Assembly: GCA_963666515.2 (NCBI GenBank)
Contig: OY762897.2
Location: 4,224,001 to 4,288,000, forward strand
DNA from: Candidatus Binatia bacterium
Lineage (GTDB): Bacteria > Desulfobacterota > Binatia > UBA9968 > JAJDTQ01
Direction of reading: 5' to 3'
Length of the DNA stretch: 64,000 nucleotides
Of this stretch, positions 1-9,720 are shown in pieces. Each line of letters starts with the position of its first letter. The stretch's first letter is position 1. Below the pieces are notes generated by a model. It searched no databases, had not been told where the DNA came from, and saw nothing but the letters and a program-made list of their open reading frames with translations. Position numbers and translations under genes: made by a program.

Positions 1-369
1 CAGCAAACGATCATTTTCACATCCATCGTCTGCCATGGAGAAATACTGGCGCTTGCGGAAAAGAGAGGATGGGGCAGCAGGAGACGGGATCGGCTTGAAG
101 ATGTGCTTGCCACAATTCCGACAATTGACATCGGAAGCCCTGGTATTTTGGCTGCATACGCTCTGGTAGACGCCTGGACGCATGGCAAAGACGTGGCTTC
201 GCCTCGAAACCACCCGCCGCCAAAACCTGCTGTACCGATGTCCAAGAACGATCTCTGGATAGCTGCAACTGCTCACGTGAGCCAGGCTGTGCTCCTCTCG
301 ACAGACAACGACTTCGCACACCTGGACAAGATATGGTTCGATTTCAAAAAGGTGGACATGGACGTGTGA
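1..369 (+). CDS. PIN-domain (VapC-like) ribonuclease toxin, 5'-truncated by window edge
   Basis: Frame 1 is open from base 1 (QQTIIFTSIVCHGEILALAEKRGWG...). Carries the PIN C-terminal motif KNDLWIAATA...LLSTDNDF. Confidence 0.8.
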   Translation, partial: QQTIIFTSIVCHGEILALAEKRGWGSRRRDRLEDVLATIPTIDIGSPGILAAYALVDAWTHGKDVASPRNHPPPKPAVPMSKNDLWIAATAHVSQAVLLSTDNDFAHLDKIWFDFKKVDMDV

Positions 370-397
370 GTGGGGACGGTATCCTGGTCCAATCCGG

Positions 398-566
398 ACA
401 CTCCGCGATATCCCTCAATCACGGGCCAAGGCTGTGCTCGCCGACCTTCAACGCGACGCTACGGCTCGTGGTCTCGACAAGTTGTCGATGGATGAGATCG
501 ACACCGAGATCCAGGCATCGCGCAAGCGGCGAGACCTGGATTGAAGATTGTCATTGACAGTGTAGT
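398..566 (+). pseudogene. Decayed type II TA remnant: antitoxin C-terminal half plus first codons of a PIN toxin
   Basis: Frame 2 reads TLRDIPQSRAKAVLADLQRDATARGLDKLSMDEIDTEIQASRKRRDLD* (stop 542-544) with no obvious start. An overlapping TTG at 541 gives MKIVIDSV, resembling the MK(V/I)VIDTNV start of PIN toxins, and then runs into the amidase 3' end. Confidence 0.5.
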
Positions 567-2003
567 TCAGGCCGGCTTCCGCCCAACCCACCCCGCCGCC
601 TGCTCATAGGCGTGCGCCACCTGGAACACCCGGCCTTCGTCGAAACACGCCCCCACGACCTGCAAGCCCAACGGCAACCCCGTAGCCGTGAACCCGCAGC
701 ACACGCTCAGCGCCGGCAGGCCCGTGACGTTGAAGGGGATGGTGCAGCGGGTGCCGATGCTGCCGCTGGGGTGGCGGAACGGGACCCGGCGGCCGGCTAC
801 ATCGGCGAAGCCCTGCTTGCATTCCTCGATGGTGGGGGCGGCGATGCCGACGGTGGGGGCGACGATGACCTGGACGTCTTCGAGGGCTTCCTCGAATTCG
901 CGGCAGATGACGCGCCGGACCCGTTGTGAGGTGACGTAGGCGGAGGCGGGGACGGTGAGGGAGGCGATGTTCCGGTGCAACAGCTCGCGGCTGTAGTCCC
1001 GGGGCTGCGTGCGGATGTAGGGCTCGTGGGCGACGAGGTTCTCGCATCGGCTGGTGGCGGTCTGGACGGCGGGGACGGCGTCCATGTGGGGGATGGTGAC
1101 TTCCTGGACCCGCATGCCCAAGGATTCCAGGGCGGCGAGAGCTTCCCGCAACGACTTGGCGACCTCGTCCACCATGAGTTCGTCGAAGTAGCCCTTGACG
1201 ACGCCCACCTTCATGCCGGCTACCGGGTTGCCGAGGCTTTCGGTGTAGTCGGGCACGGGCTCGGTTGAGCACAGGGGGTCGTTGGGGTCTTCGCCGGCGA
1301 TGGCTGCCAGCACCAGGGCGCAGTCTTCCACGGTCTTGGTGAAGGGGCCGAAGTGGTCCGACGAGAATCCGCCGGTGCCGGCGACACCGCCGTAGCGGCT
1401 CACCCGGCCGTAGGTGGCCTTGAGGCCCACGGTGCCGCACCAGGCCGCGGGGTTCCGCACGGAGCCAGCGTTGTCGGTGCCGATGGAGATCAGGCACAGG
1501 TCTGCGGCCACCGCTGCGGCCGAGCCGCCGCTGGAGCCTCCCGGCACCCGGGTGGTGTCCCACGGGTTGTGCGTGGTGCCGAAGTAGGGGTTCATGGTGG
1601 TGCCGCCGCCGGCCCACTCGTGCATGTTGTTCTTGCCCAGGACGATGGCTCCGGCCTGCCGCAGCCGGGTTACCACGGTGGCGTCGAAGTCGGGCCTCCA
1701 GTCCGCCAGGATCTTGCTGCCGGCGGTGGTGGGATAGCCCTTGACCGCGAGGTTGTCCTTGATGGACACGGGCACGCCGTGGAGAGGGCCGCGGTAGTTG
1801 CCGCCGGCGATTTCATCCTCCGCCCGGCGCGCGTCCGCCATGGCGTCCTGCTCCATGACGGTGCTGTAGGCGTTGATCGCGGGATTGAGGCGCTTGATCC
1901 GCTCCAGGTAGCAAGCGGTCACCTCTACCGGCGACACTTCGCGTGAGGCGATGCGCGGGGCTAGGCTGGCGATGGTGAGTGTTGTGGGGTCCAGATCAGG
2001 CAT
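567..2003 (-). CDS. Amidase signature family protein (GatA-like)
   Basis: Motifs GPLHGVPVSIKDN, GGSSGGSAAAVAA and IGTDNAGSVRNPA. No gatB/gatC adjacent. Confidence 0.9.
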   Translation of the reverse strand: MPDLDPTTLTIASLAPRIASREVSPVEVTACYLERIKRLNPAINAYSTVMEQDAMADARRAEDEIAGGNYRGPLHGVPVSIKDNLAVKGYPTTAGSKILADWRPDFDATVVTRLRQAGAIVLGKNNMHEWAGGGTTMNPYFGTTHNPWDTTRVPGGSSGGSAAAVAADLCLISIGTDNAGSVRNPAAWCGTVGLKATYGRVSRYGGVAGTGGFSSDHFGPFTKTVEDCALVLAAIAGEDPNDPLCSTEPVPDYTESLGNPVAGMKVGVVKGYFDELMVDEVAKSLREALAALESLGMRVQEVTIPHMDAVPAVQTATSRCENLVAHEPYIRTQPRDYSRELLHRNIASLTVPASAYVTSQRVRRVICREFEEALEDVQVIVAPTVGIAAPTIEECKQGFADVAGRRVPFRHPSGSIGTRCTIPFNVTGLPALSVCCGFTATGLPLGLQVVGACFDEGRVFQVAHAYEQAAGWVGRKPA

Positions 2004-2019
2004 GGGGCTTCCTTTAGCG

Positions 2020-3021
2020 TTAGTCGAGGTCGGCGCAAGCCGGGATGACCTCGCGCCCCCAGAGGTCCATGACCTCGTCGAGCACGCGCATGGGCGGTGT
2101 CAGCAGCAGGTGTTTCACGCCGGCTTCGGCCAGCTCACGGACGCGGGTCAGGCACTCCTCCGGGGTGCCGGCGATGGCGAAGCGGCGCAGCATGTAGTCG
2201 GTGATGAGCGCGGGGTCCGCCCGTTCCTCCAGGGGCTTGCTGATGTCGAAGCCGGCCATGAAGCGCTGGACCCCGGCCAGTTCCTCGGGCGGCACGGTCT
2301 CCGTCGTGAAGCGGAAGTTGTGATGGGCGCGGTTGGCCAAGCGTGCGCGCACCCGTTCGCGGGCACGGGCGCCGTCCTCGTCCACACAGATCATGCCCGC
2401 CATGGCGACGTCGATGTCGGACAGGTCCCGGCCGTCTTCACGAGCGCCGGCGGCGATGTGGGCCTGCGCCCATTCCAGCACGTCGAGGTCGAACCCGGTG
2501 CCCAGCATGATGCCGTCGGCGTAGCGTCCGGCCACCCGCAGGCTCCGAGGACCCACCGAAGCCACGTACACCGGCACCGGGAGCCTGCCCACGTTGAGGG
2601 AGGCCGCGCCGGCGCCTTCGTCGCCCTGGGGCACCTCGATGGAGCGCCCTCCCAGAAGCTCGCGGATGGTGGCCAATCCGGCGGCGAAATCTGCCAGCCG
2701 CGTGGCCTTGCGCCCCAGCCGGTAGGTGGAGCCGTCGCCGGTCGCCAGGCCTAGGATGGCCCGTCCGCCCGAGAACTCGTTGGACGTGGCCACGGACAGG
2801 GCCAGGGTCGTGGGGTCGCGGTAGGCCATGGTGGTGGCGGCGATGCCGAAACGGAGCCTTTCCGTCCGCAGCGCGCACACGGTCATGGCCTGGAACCCGT
2901 CCAGGTTGTTCAGGTGGCCGTCGGCGAAGAAGAGGGCATGGAAGCCCAGAGCTTCTGCGGCCACGGCGCGGCGGGTGATCTCTTCCGCGTTCCGGGCCGG
3001 GGCGTGGATCGAGAACAGCAC
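2020..3021 (-). CDS. LLM class flavin-dependent oxidoreductase (Mer-like)
   Basis: Motifs AEALGFHALFFADGH, SGGRAILGLATGD, PVYVASVGPRSLRVAGRYADG and IAGTPEEC. Confidence 0.85.
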   Translation of the reverse strand: MLFSIHAPARNAEEITRRAVAAEALGFHALFFADGHLNNLDGFQAMTVCALRTERLRFGIAATTMAYRDPTTLALSVATSNEFSGGRAILGLATGDGSTYRLGRKATRLADFAAGLATIRELLGGRSIEVPQGDEGAGAASLNVGRLPVPVYVASVGPRSLRVAGRYADGIMLGTGFDLDVLEWAQAHIAAGAREDGRDLSDIDVAMAGMICVDEDGARARERVRARLANRAHHNFRFTTETVPPEELAGVQRFMAGFDISKPLEERADPALITDYMLRRFAIAGTPEECLTRVRELAEAGVKHLLLTPPMRVLDEVMDLWGREVIPACADLD

Positions 3022-3043
3022 GTTTGTCTTTTCGTTCAGTGCC

Positions 3044-4084
3044 CTACGCCATCCCGAACAGCCGCATGGCGTTGCCGCCCAGGATCTTCTCCTTGTCCTC
3101 GTCGGAGATGCCTTCCAGTTCCTGCACCATCCGCACCGTGCCTTCCTTCCAGGTGCCCGACGGGTCGTTGTGCGGGTAGTCGCTGCCCACGGTCAGGTTG
3201 TGGTCCTTCCAGAAGTCGCAGGCGTAGCGGACCGAGGTCTCGGCGGCGAAGGCGGACACCCAGATCTGGCTGAAGAACTCGCTGGGGGCCTTGCCGAGCC
3301 GCTTGCGCGCGTCGGGGTCCATGTCCAGGCGGTTCATGAGCCAGGGCACGAAGGCGGCGGAGCCTTCCACGAAGCAGATGCGCAGGTCGGGGAACTCCTT
3401 CAGCGCGCCGCGCAGGATCAGGCTGCCCATGTCGACGATGTAGCGGAAGGGGAACGCCAGCAGAAAGGGCAGGGCGTTGTTGTCCGCCTCCAGGAAGAGC
3501 TGCTCGATGCCCACCAGCGCGGGGTTGGGATGGCCCTGCCGGTCCGACGCGGTGTCGTGCACCAGGATCGGCACGTCGAGTTGGCACACCTTGTCGTAGA
3601 ACGGCCACAGCCGCTCGGCGCCCAGGTTGGCGTCCTCAAAGCCGCCCATGAACTTCACGGCCTTGAGCCCCAACTGCTTCACCATCCGGTCCAGCTCCCT
3701 GCAGGACTCCTCCACGTCCGGCAGGAACACCCAGCCGACGCCGATGTAGCGCTCGGGATGGGCGCATTCCGCCAGGTCCCGGGCCACCGCGTCGTTGTAG
3801 CGCCGGGCCAGCTCGCAGCCGAGGTCGCGGTCCCAGGTGTACAGCAGTTCGCGATTCTCCGGGATGAGCACGTGCTTGTCGAACCCCTCGAAGTCGGCCT
3901 GGGCGACACGGGTGTCCAGGTCCCAGCGCCCCTTAGGTGCCTGGTTCTTGATGAGGGTGCCGTCCGGCAAGACGGACTTGACCTCGTCGCCGTTCCGCAC
4001 CACCCGCGGCGATTCGGGGTACTGGTCGCTGATCCCTTCCAGGAACTTCACCGGGAAGTAGTGCGTGTCGCAGTCGATGTACAT
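3044..4084 (-). CDS. Amidohydrolase family protein (Amidohydro_2)
   Basis: Starts MYIDCDTH after a GGAGG RBS. Motifs VPILVH, EGSA and GSDYPH, with C-terminal KILGGNA. Confidence 0.85.
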   Translation of the reverse strand: MYIDCDTHYFPVKFLEGISDQYPESPRVVRNGDEVKSVLPDGTLIKNQAPKGRWDLDTRVAQADFEGFDKHVLIPENRELLYTWDRDLGCELARRYNDAVARDLAECAHPERYIGVGWVFLPDVEESCRELDRMVKQLGLKAVKFMGGFEDANLGAERLWPFYDKVCQLDVPILVHDTASDRQGHPNPALVGIEQLFLEADNNALPFLLAFPFRYIVDMGSLILRGALKEFPDLRICFVEGSAAFVPWLMNRLDMDPDARKRLGKAPSEFFSQIWVSAFAAETSVRYACDFWKDHNLTVGSDYPHNDPSGTWKEGTVRMVQELEGISDEDKEKILGGNAMRLFGMA

Positions 4085-4097
4085 CCGCCGTCCTCCG

Positions 4098-5195
4098 TTA
4101 CGCATACGTGAAGATCGCCCGCCCCAGGATTCTCCCTTCGGCGAGGTCGTCCACGGCCTCGTTGACTTGGTCCAGGGTGTAGCGGCGGGTCACCAGGTCG
4201 TCGAGCTTGAGCTTGCCTTCGCGGTACCAGCGGACGAAGGTCGGGAAGTCGCGGTCCGGGAGGCAGTCGCCGGCGTGGGTGCGGGTGAAGTAGCGGCCGC
4301 CGGCGAAGAGGTTGGTGTTGATGAGCGGCGTGGCGCCCGAGGGCGGCAGGCCGATGAGCAGGGCGGTGCCGCCGCGCTCCAGCCCCGGAGCCCCGGTGCG
4401 CACCGAGCGCAGGATCTGCTCCTGGGTGGTGGGATGCCCCACCGCGTCCAGGGCGTAGTCCGCGCCGCCGCCGGTCAGCTCGGTGATGGCCTCCACCGGG
4501 TCCACCTTGCTGGCATTGATGCAGTGGGTGGCGCCGAAGCCCTTGGCGAACTCCAGCTTCTCGTCGTCCAGGTCCACCGCGATGAGCGGGTAGGCGTCCA
4601 CCACCGCCGCGGCCGAGACCGCGCACATGCCGATGCCGCCCACGCCGTAGACGGCCACCGACTGGCCCGGCCGCACTTTCAGCGTGTTGATGATGGCGCC
4701 CGAGCCGGTGGTGACCGCACAACCGATGATGGAGGTCACGTCCGTGTCCACGTCGTCGTCCATGGGAAGCACCACCCGCTCCGAGGCCACCAGGTGCTCC
4801 GCCCAGGTGGACGCCGACGCCCAGATGGACTCCTCGCGCCAAGTGGCCGGGATCGGCGGCCGCATGTTGAGGGCATGGGACACGGGCGGCAGCGGCGACT
4901 CGGGGGCGTTGCGGTCCACCCAGGTGGTGAAGACCCGGTCGCCCTCCTTCACGTGAGTGACGTCACGTCCCGCGGCCACCACCACGCCGGTGGACTCGTG
5001 GCCCAGGAGCGCCGGCAGCTTGGAGCGCTGCTCCTCCGGCGTGCGATGGATCTGGTGGAGCTGGGAGTGGCAGATGCCGCTGGCGAAGAGCTTCACCAGC
5101 ACCTGGTCGGGCGCCGGGTCCGGGAAGGTGACCTCGTCCACCACCAGGGGCTTGCGCGATTCCACCAGGATGGCCGCACGGGACTTCGTTGGCAT
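4098..5195 (-). CDS. Zinc-binding alcohol dehydrogenase (MDR family)
   Basis: Motifs GICHS, LGHE, IGCAVTTG and GVGGIG. Start re-picked at MPTKSRAA. Confidence 0.88.
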   Translation of the reverse strand: MPTKSRAAILVESRKPLVVDEVTFPDPAPDQVLVKLFASGICHSQLHQIHRTPEEQRSKLPALLGHESTGVVVAAGRDVTHVKEGDRVFTTWVDRNAPESPLPPVSHALNMRPPIPATWREESIWASASTWAEHLVASERVVLPMDDDVDTDVTSIIGCAVTTGSGAIINTLKVRPGQSVAVYGVGGIGMCAVSAAAVVDAYPLIAVDLDDEKLEFAKGFGATHCINASKVDPVEAITELTGGGADYALDAVGHPTTQEQILRSVRTGAPGLERGGTALLIGLPPSGATPLINTNLFAGGRYFTRTHAGDCLPDRDFPTFVRWYREGKLKLDDLVTRRYTLDQVNEAVDDLAEGRILGRAIFTYA

Positions 5196-5456
5196 GGCGT
5201 TTTCCTTTCCGTCAGACAGCCCCGCGGCCGTGCCGGCTCCAAGGCTGTATCGCCGCGCAAGGGCGGCTACGCATTTTTCGTGAGTAGTTGCCGCCGGGTG
5301 GTTTGTCAAGGGATCGTCCGGCCGCGGTTTCCGCTGGTTCCGCGTTCGAAAAGGTGGTATCCACGTCTACGGAATTCAGCGTTCCGTCGCCATGCCCGCG
5401 CATCTTCATGCCTTGATTCGCAAGACGGGACGCCAGGAAAACGGGAGGTAACGATC

Positions 5457-6533
5457 ATGTCCATTATCGATGCCGACGCCCACGTCGTCGAGTCCGAGCA
5501 TACTTGGGACTACATGGAACCGGCCGACCAGAAGTACCGTCCGCTCGTCGTGAGGCCGACCGGCGAGGGGGGCGGCGAGTACTGGTTCATCGACGGCAAG
5601 ATCCGGGGACTGGTTCGCATCGTCATGACCGCCCAGGAGTTGGGCGAGGTTGCCGAACGCACCGGCCGCGTGATGTTCACGCCGCAGGAAACGCGCGAGA
5701 TGGAGAACGTCGAGGCCCGCCTCAAGCACATGGACGAGCTGGGCATAGACGTCCAGGTGCTCTATCCTACCATCTTCATCGAGCAGGTAACCGACAAGCC
5801 CTCGGTGGAGATTCCCCTCTGCAAGAGCTACAACCGCTGGCTGACCGACCTTCACAGCCGGGGGGACGGACGCCTGCGCTGGATCTGCGTGCTGCCGTTG
5901 CTCGACATGAGCACGGCCCTGGAGGAGCTGGAGTACTGCAAGCAGAACGGCGCCTGCGGGGTCTTCATGCGCCCCATCGAGGGCCATCGCCTGCTGACCG
6001 ATCCCTACTTCTACCCCCTCTACGAGAAGATGAGCGAGCTGGACATGGCCGTGGGCGTGCACGTGGGCAACGGCAACCCCCAGGAGCTGGACCTCGTGTC
6101 CCAGTACAACGGCGGCGGCAGCTTCTGGAAGTTCCGCATCCCGGTCATCGGCATGTTCCACTCGGTGATCATGGGCGAGATACCCAAGATGTTCCCCAAG
6201 CTGCGCTTCCACTGGGCCGAGGCCGCTGCGCTCTGGGTGCCCTACGTGGTCAAGGACCTGCAGCGCCGCTGGGGCGCGCAGAACAAGGACTTGCCGGACA
6301 ACATCCTGAAGGAGTACCGGCAATACGTGTCGTGTCAGACCGACGACGACGTGGACTACGTGCTCCGGTATTCGGGGGAGGACAACATCGTCATCGGCAC
6401 CGACTACGGCCACAACGACCAGTCCACCGAGATCGAGGCGCTGCAGAACCTGAAGGAGTTGGGCAGCATCACCGAGCCGCAGTACGAGAAGATCGTGACG
6501 CAGAACCCGAAGGAGCTGTTCGCGCTGCAGTAG
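5457..6533 (+). CDS. Amidohydrolase family protein (Amidohydro_2)
   Basis: Starts MSIIDADAHVVE after a GGAGG RBS. Motifs MDELGIDVQVLYPT and GTDYGH. Confidence 0.88.
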   Translation: MSIIDADAHVVESEHTWDYMEPADQKYRPLVVRPTGEGGGEYWFIDGKIRGLVRIVMTAQELGEVAERTGRVMFTPQETREMENVEARLKHMDELGIDVQVLYPTIFIEQVTDKPSVEIPLCKSYNRWLTDLHSRGDGRLRWICVLPLLDMSTALEELEYCKQNGACGVFMRPIEGHRLLTDPYFYPLYEKMSELDMAVGVHVGNGNPQELDLVSQYNGGGSFWKFRIPVIGMFHSVIMGEIPKMFPKLRFHWAEAAALWVPYVVKDLQRRWGAQNKDLPDNILKEYRQYVSCQTDDDVDYVLRYSGEDNIVIGTDYGHNDQSTEIEALQNLKELGSITEPQYEKIVTQNPKELFALQ

Positions 6534-6537
6534 TGCC

Positions 6538-7083
6538 CTAGTCCGCCTTGGTGCGCACGCGCCAGCGCTGGTACTTGGCGCGCCCCTCGTCGCAGTTTTC
6601 CAGGGTCAGCCCGCGGATGAGATGCACCGGGCGGCCGCCCCCTCCCTGCCTCGATTCGCCACCCGCCACGGTCGCGCACAGCTTGGGCGTGCTCTTGGTC
6701 ACGATCTCACCGGTGGCGGTCAGCGAGAAGCCCTGCGCCGCTGATCCGTCGCACTTCGCCAGACCGAGCCGGGCGCCCGCCTGGGACCCGCCCGCGGTCA
6801 TGCACACGTCGAAGCCCGGCATGTGGAACCGTCCGGCCTTGATGCCGTCGGTGTCGAACCCCTGGTCCACGCCGATCTGCCCCTGATAGCTGTAGCAACT
6901 GTGGGCCTGGAGGCCCCTGTCGACCCGCGCACGGTGCTTGTAGCCGCGGATGTCCAGGCAAAAGCCGCGCTGATCGTCCAGGCGGTCAACGAGGACGACC
7001 TCCACCGTTTCGCCCGCCTGGGCGGAGTCGGAAAGGGGGACGCCGATAAGCGCAGCCAGCAGAATGAGTCCAGAGACTTTCAT
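6538..7083 (-). CDS. Secreted ricin-B-type lectin domain protein
   Basis: Signal peptide MKVSGLILLAALIG...AQA. Beta-trefoil-like repeats FCLDI, CDGSAAQGF and CDEGRAKYQRW. Confidence 0.65.
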   Translation of the reverse strand: MKVSGLILLAALIGVPLSDSAQAGETVEVVLVDRLDDQRGFCLDIRGYKHRARVDRGLQAHSCYSYQGQIGVDQGFDTDGIKAGRFHMPGFDVCMTAGGSQAGARLGLAKCDGSAAQGFSLTATGEIVTKSTPKLCATVAGGESRQGGGGRPVHLIRGLTLENCDEGRAKYQRWRVRTKAD

Positions 7084-7129
7084 GTAACCTCCGTTTTCGC
7101 TCAAAGCTCTCTCGAATGTCGGGCTACGT

Positions 7130-8677
7130 TCAGGCGGTCTCCGTCTCGAAAGCTACCACGTTGCGGCTCTCTCGGCTGAACTCCACCCCGACTAGGTGGA
7201 CGGGTTGCCCCGAGCTCCGGTACTTGTCCGCGTAGCCGCGTTCCCTGAGCTGCGCCATGGCCGAACCCTCGGGCGCCAGCTCTACTACCTTGAACTCGAA
7301 CAAGTAAACCTGCTCGTTGAGCCGCATCGCCATATCCAGTCGGCCGCGGCTTGTGCTGTCTTCCAGGACCACATCCAATCCCAGCCCCGCAAACCATGCA
7401 TAGAGCACGCTGGCATAGTAGCCCTCGTAGCGAGCGATGTCGTTGCGGGTGTGCCACTCGTAGGGAATGCTGGCGAAGAATGCCCGCAGCAGCGCCTCCA
7501 CGCCGGCGAAGTCGTTGGTGCGCAGAAGCTCCCGCAGCCGCCGGCCCCTGCGCAGTTGGGCGGGAGCGTCCGGCGCCAGCGCCTTCAGCAGGCACTCGTT
7601 CAGACTCTTGCGCACTTCATGGTTCGGATAGTCCAGCCGGTACATCGTCTCCCCGTCCTCTTCCTCGACATCCGCGATTGTCAGATACCCGGACTGGAAC
7701 AGCAGCGCCTCGGTCTCCATGTTGTCCACGTCGAACCGCGACAGCAGATCGTCGTGACTGTAGGCGCCGTCCAGCGACGGGATGGCGGAACCTCGTCTCA
7801 GCAGCAGGTCTACGAGGAACGTCGGCGTACCGGTGCCGAACCAGTGGGCGCGGTACTCGCGCTTGTCGAACAGCAGCAACAGGTCGAATGGGTTGTAGAC
7901 GTCCTCGTCCCCCAGCCAGTTGTAGCCGTTGTACCAGCGGCGGATCTCGTCCCGGTCCAACCCGGCGAGCTCGGGAGCGAACACCCGGTCGAGGTCTGCG
8001 TCGGTGTAGCCGCAGATGGCCGAGTAGCGCCGGTCCAGTGTGACGTCGTTGAGGTTGTTGAGGCCGGAGAACACGCTGGCCTGGGAGAACTTGCTCACCC
8101 CTGTGAGAAAGGTGAACCGGACGTGTTCGTCGGAGTCCTTGATGGTTCCGTACAGCCCGCGCAGGATGTCACGGTTGGCCCGCGCCAAGTCCGGCTCCTC
8201 CAGCGCGTCCAGGATCGGCTTGTCGTACTCGTCCACAAGCACCGCCACCCGCTCACCAGCACTCTGGTGCAGCACCCGAAGCAGGCGACGAAGGCGCCCC
8301 GGTGCCGTCGTATGCCCGGAGGGCGACCCCGCCTGTTCTTCGGCGTCGGCCAACTGCTCGATGATGTTCGCTTGCAGGTATCCCGGCTCCTTGAAGTTCC
8401 CTGCACCGAAGCTCAAGCACACCACCGGATGGCGCCTTGACCAGTCCCACTTGTCGTGAACGTCGAGACCCCGGAACAATCCTTCGGTGCCCTCGAAGAG
8501 TTCCTTCAGGGTATTCAGGAACAGGCTCTTTCCGAAGCGGCGCGGGCGGGACAGGAAGTAGGACTTGCCGCCGTCGACCAACCGCCACGCATAGGCGGTC
8601 TTGTCCACATAGTAATAGTCGCCCTCGCGTATTTCACGGAAGGTCTGGATGCCGATGGGCAGCTTGCGCTTCGTCAT
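7130..8677 (-). CDS. AAA-ATPase-like protein with C-terminal PD-(D/E)XK nuclease domain (copy 1)
   Basis: Motifs LPIGIQTF, YYVDKT, SRPRRFGKS and VDEYDKP. C-terminal GRLDM...FEFK...AQL...Y. Confidence 0.9.
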   Translation of the reverse strand: MTKRKLPIGIQTFREIREGDYYYVDKTAYAWRLVDGGKSYFLSRPRRFGKSLFLNTLKELFEGTEGLFRGLDVHDKWDWSRRHPVVCLSFGAGNFKEPGYLQANIIEQLADAEEQAGSPSGHTTAPGRLRRLLRVLHQSAGERVAVLVDEYDKPILDALEEPDLARANRDILRGLYGTIKDSDEHVRFTFLTGVSKFSQASVFSGLNNLNDVTLDRRYSAICGYTDADLDRVFAPELAGLDRDEIRRWYNGYNWLGDEDVYNPFDLLLLFDKREYRAHWFGTGTPTFLVDLLLRRGSAIPSLDGAYSHDDLLSRFDVDNMETEALLFQSGYLTIADVEEEDGETMYRLDYPNHEVRKSLNECLLKALAPDAPAQLRRGRRLRELLRTNDFAGVEALLRAFFASIPYEWHTRNDIARYEGYYASVLYAWFAGLGLDVVLEDSTSRGRLDMAMRLNEQVYLFEFKVVELAPEGSAMAQLRERGYADKYRSSGQPVHLVGVEFSRESRNVVAFETETA

Positions 8678-8745
8678 GGAGGCATTCCGTTCCCGTTCGT
8701 CGCGGAATCCGATTCTGCAGCCTTGACCTTTCGCCGACTGGGGAT

Positions 8746-9717
8746 TCAACGGTCCAGTTTGAGCAGCCGGGCAGCCGTACCCCCCAGGATACCCTCTTTG
8801 ACTCCCTCTTCAAGCTCCAGATTCCTCACCGCCTCGATGTATTCGCGTATGGCCCGGTTACCCTTGCCGGTCTCCGTGCTCACCCCCGTGAAGTTCTGCG
8901 GATAGTCCGTGGCGAACACCAGCCTTTCCGGGCGGATTCCCAGCAGGCCGCAACGGAGGGAAGTAAGCCCTCCCTCGAACCCGGACAGATCGAAATAGAG
9001 CCGGTCCAGATACTGCTCGAACGGACGTTTCAACGTGCCGAACCGGTGCGCCATGGCCACGAGCCGGTCCTTGAACGCGGCGATGCCGCCGCCGAAGTGG
9101 CCGATGACGAAGTCGATCTCGGGGTGCCGGTCCAGCACCCCGCCGGCAATCAGCCGTATGGTCGCAATGGTGAGATCGATCTCCCTGCCGATGATGCGCG
9201 GCAGATCATAGCCCTGAATGGAATCGTACCCCTTGGGCACCAGCGCCGGATGCACGAAGATCGGGACACCGAGCCGCGCGACCCGCTCATAGAACCGATC
9301 CAGCTCCGGCGCGTCGAGAAAGAGGCCGCCCACTTGGGAGGTGATGGTCACGCCGTGGAGCCCGCGCTCCAGGATCGCCCGGTCCAACTCGTCCAGCGCC
9401 TTTTCGCCTTCGAGGACCGGCGCATGCGCCAAGCCGACGAACCGCCCGTGGTACTCCCGCTCCAACTCGGCATAGCTGTCATTGATGACTTGGCAATCAT
9501 CGAGACTTCCGTCCCATCCCAGGTGGCAGGACAGCACCGACACGTCCACCCCAGCCTCGTCCATGTCCCGGAGTTGCGCCTCCGCGTCATACAGCTTCGC
9601 ATGAAGTGTCATCCGCGGCACGCCGTCCTCGGTGGCCACGGCGACCTTGTCGGAGTAGAGGCCCTTCTTTCGGGCCAGCTTCTCGGGCATGTAGTGATGC
9701 TGGAAGTCGATGACCAC
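8746..9717 (-). CDS. Amidohydrolase family protein (Amidohydro_2, ACMSD/decarboxylase-like)
   Basis: Motifs IDFQHH, PIFVHP, GHFGG and FATDYP. Confidence 0.85.
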   Translation of the reverse strand: MVIDFQHHYMPEKLARKKGLYSDKVAVATEDGVPRMTLHAKLYDAEAQLRDMDEAGVDVSVLSCHLGWDGSLDDCQVINDSYAELEREYHGRFVGLAHAPVLEGEKALDELDRAILERGLHGVTITSQVGGLFLDAPELDRFYERVARLGVPIFVHPALVPKGYDSIQGYDLPRIIGREIDLTIATIRLIAGGVLDRHPEIDFVIGHFGGGIAAFKDRLVAMAHRFGTLKRPFEQYLDRLYFDLSGFEGGLTSLRCGLLGIRPERLVFATDYPQNFTGVSTETGKGNRAIREYIEAVRNLELEEGVKEGILGGTAARLLKLDR

Positions 9718-9720
9718 GGT

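Noticed and set aside
567-2003. gatA
   Set aside because: No gatB/gatC adjacent and the context is catabolic, so it is called a generic amidase.
4065-5456. N-terminal ~460 aa of the 822-aa ORF, suggesting a fusion protein
   Set aside because: It is antisense to the alcohol dehydrogenase. The real amidohydrolase starts at 5457 after a GGAGG RBS.
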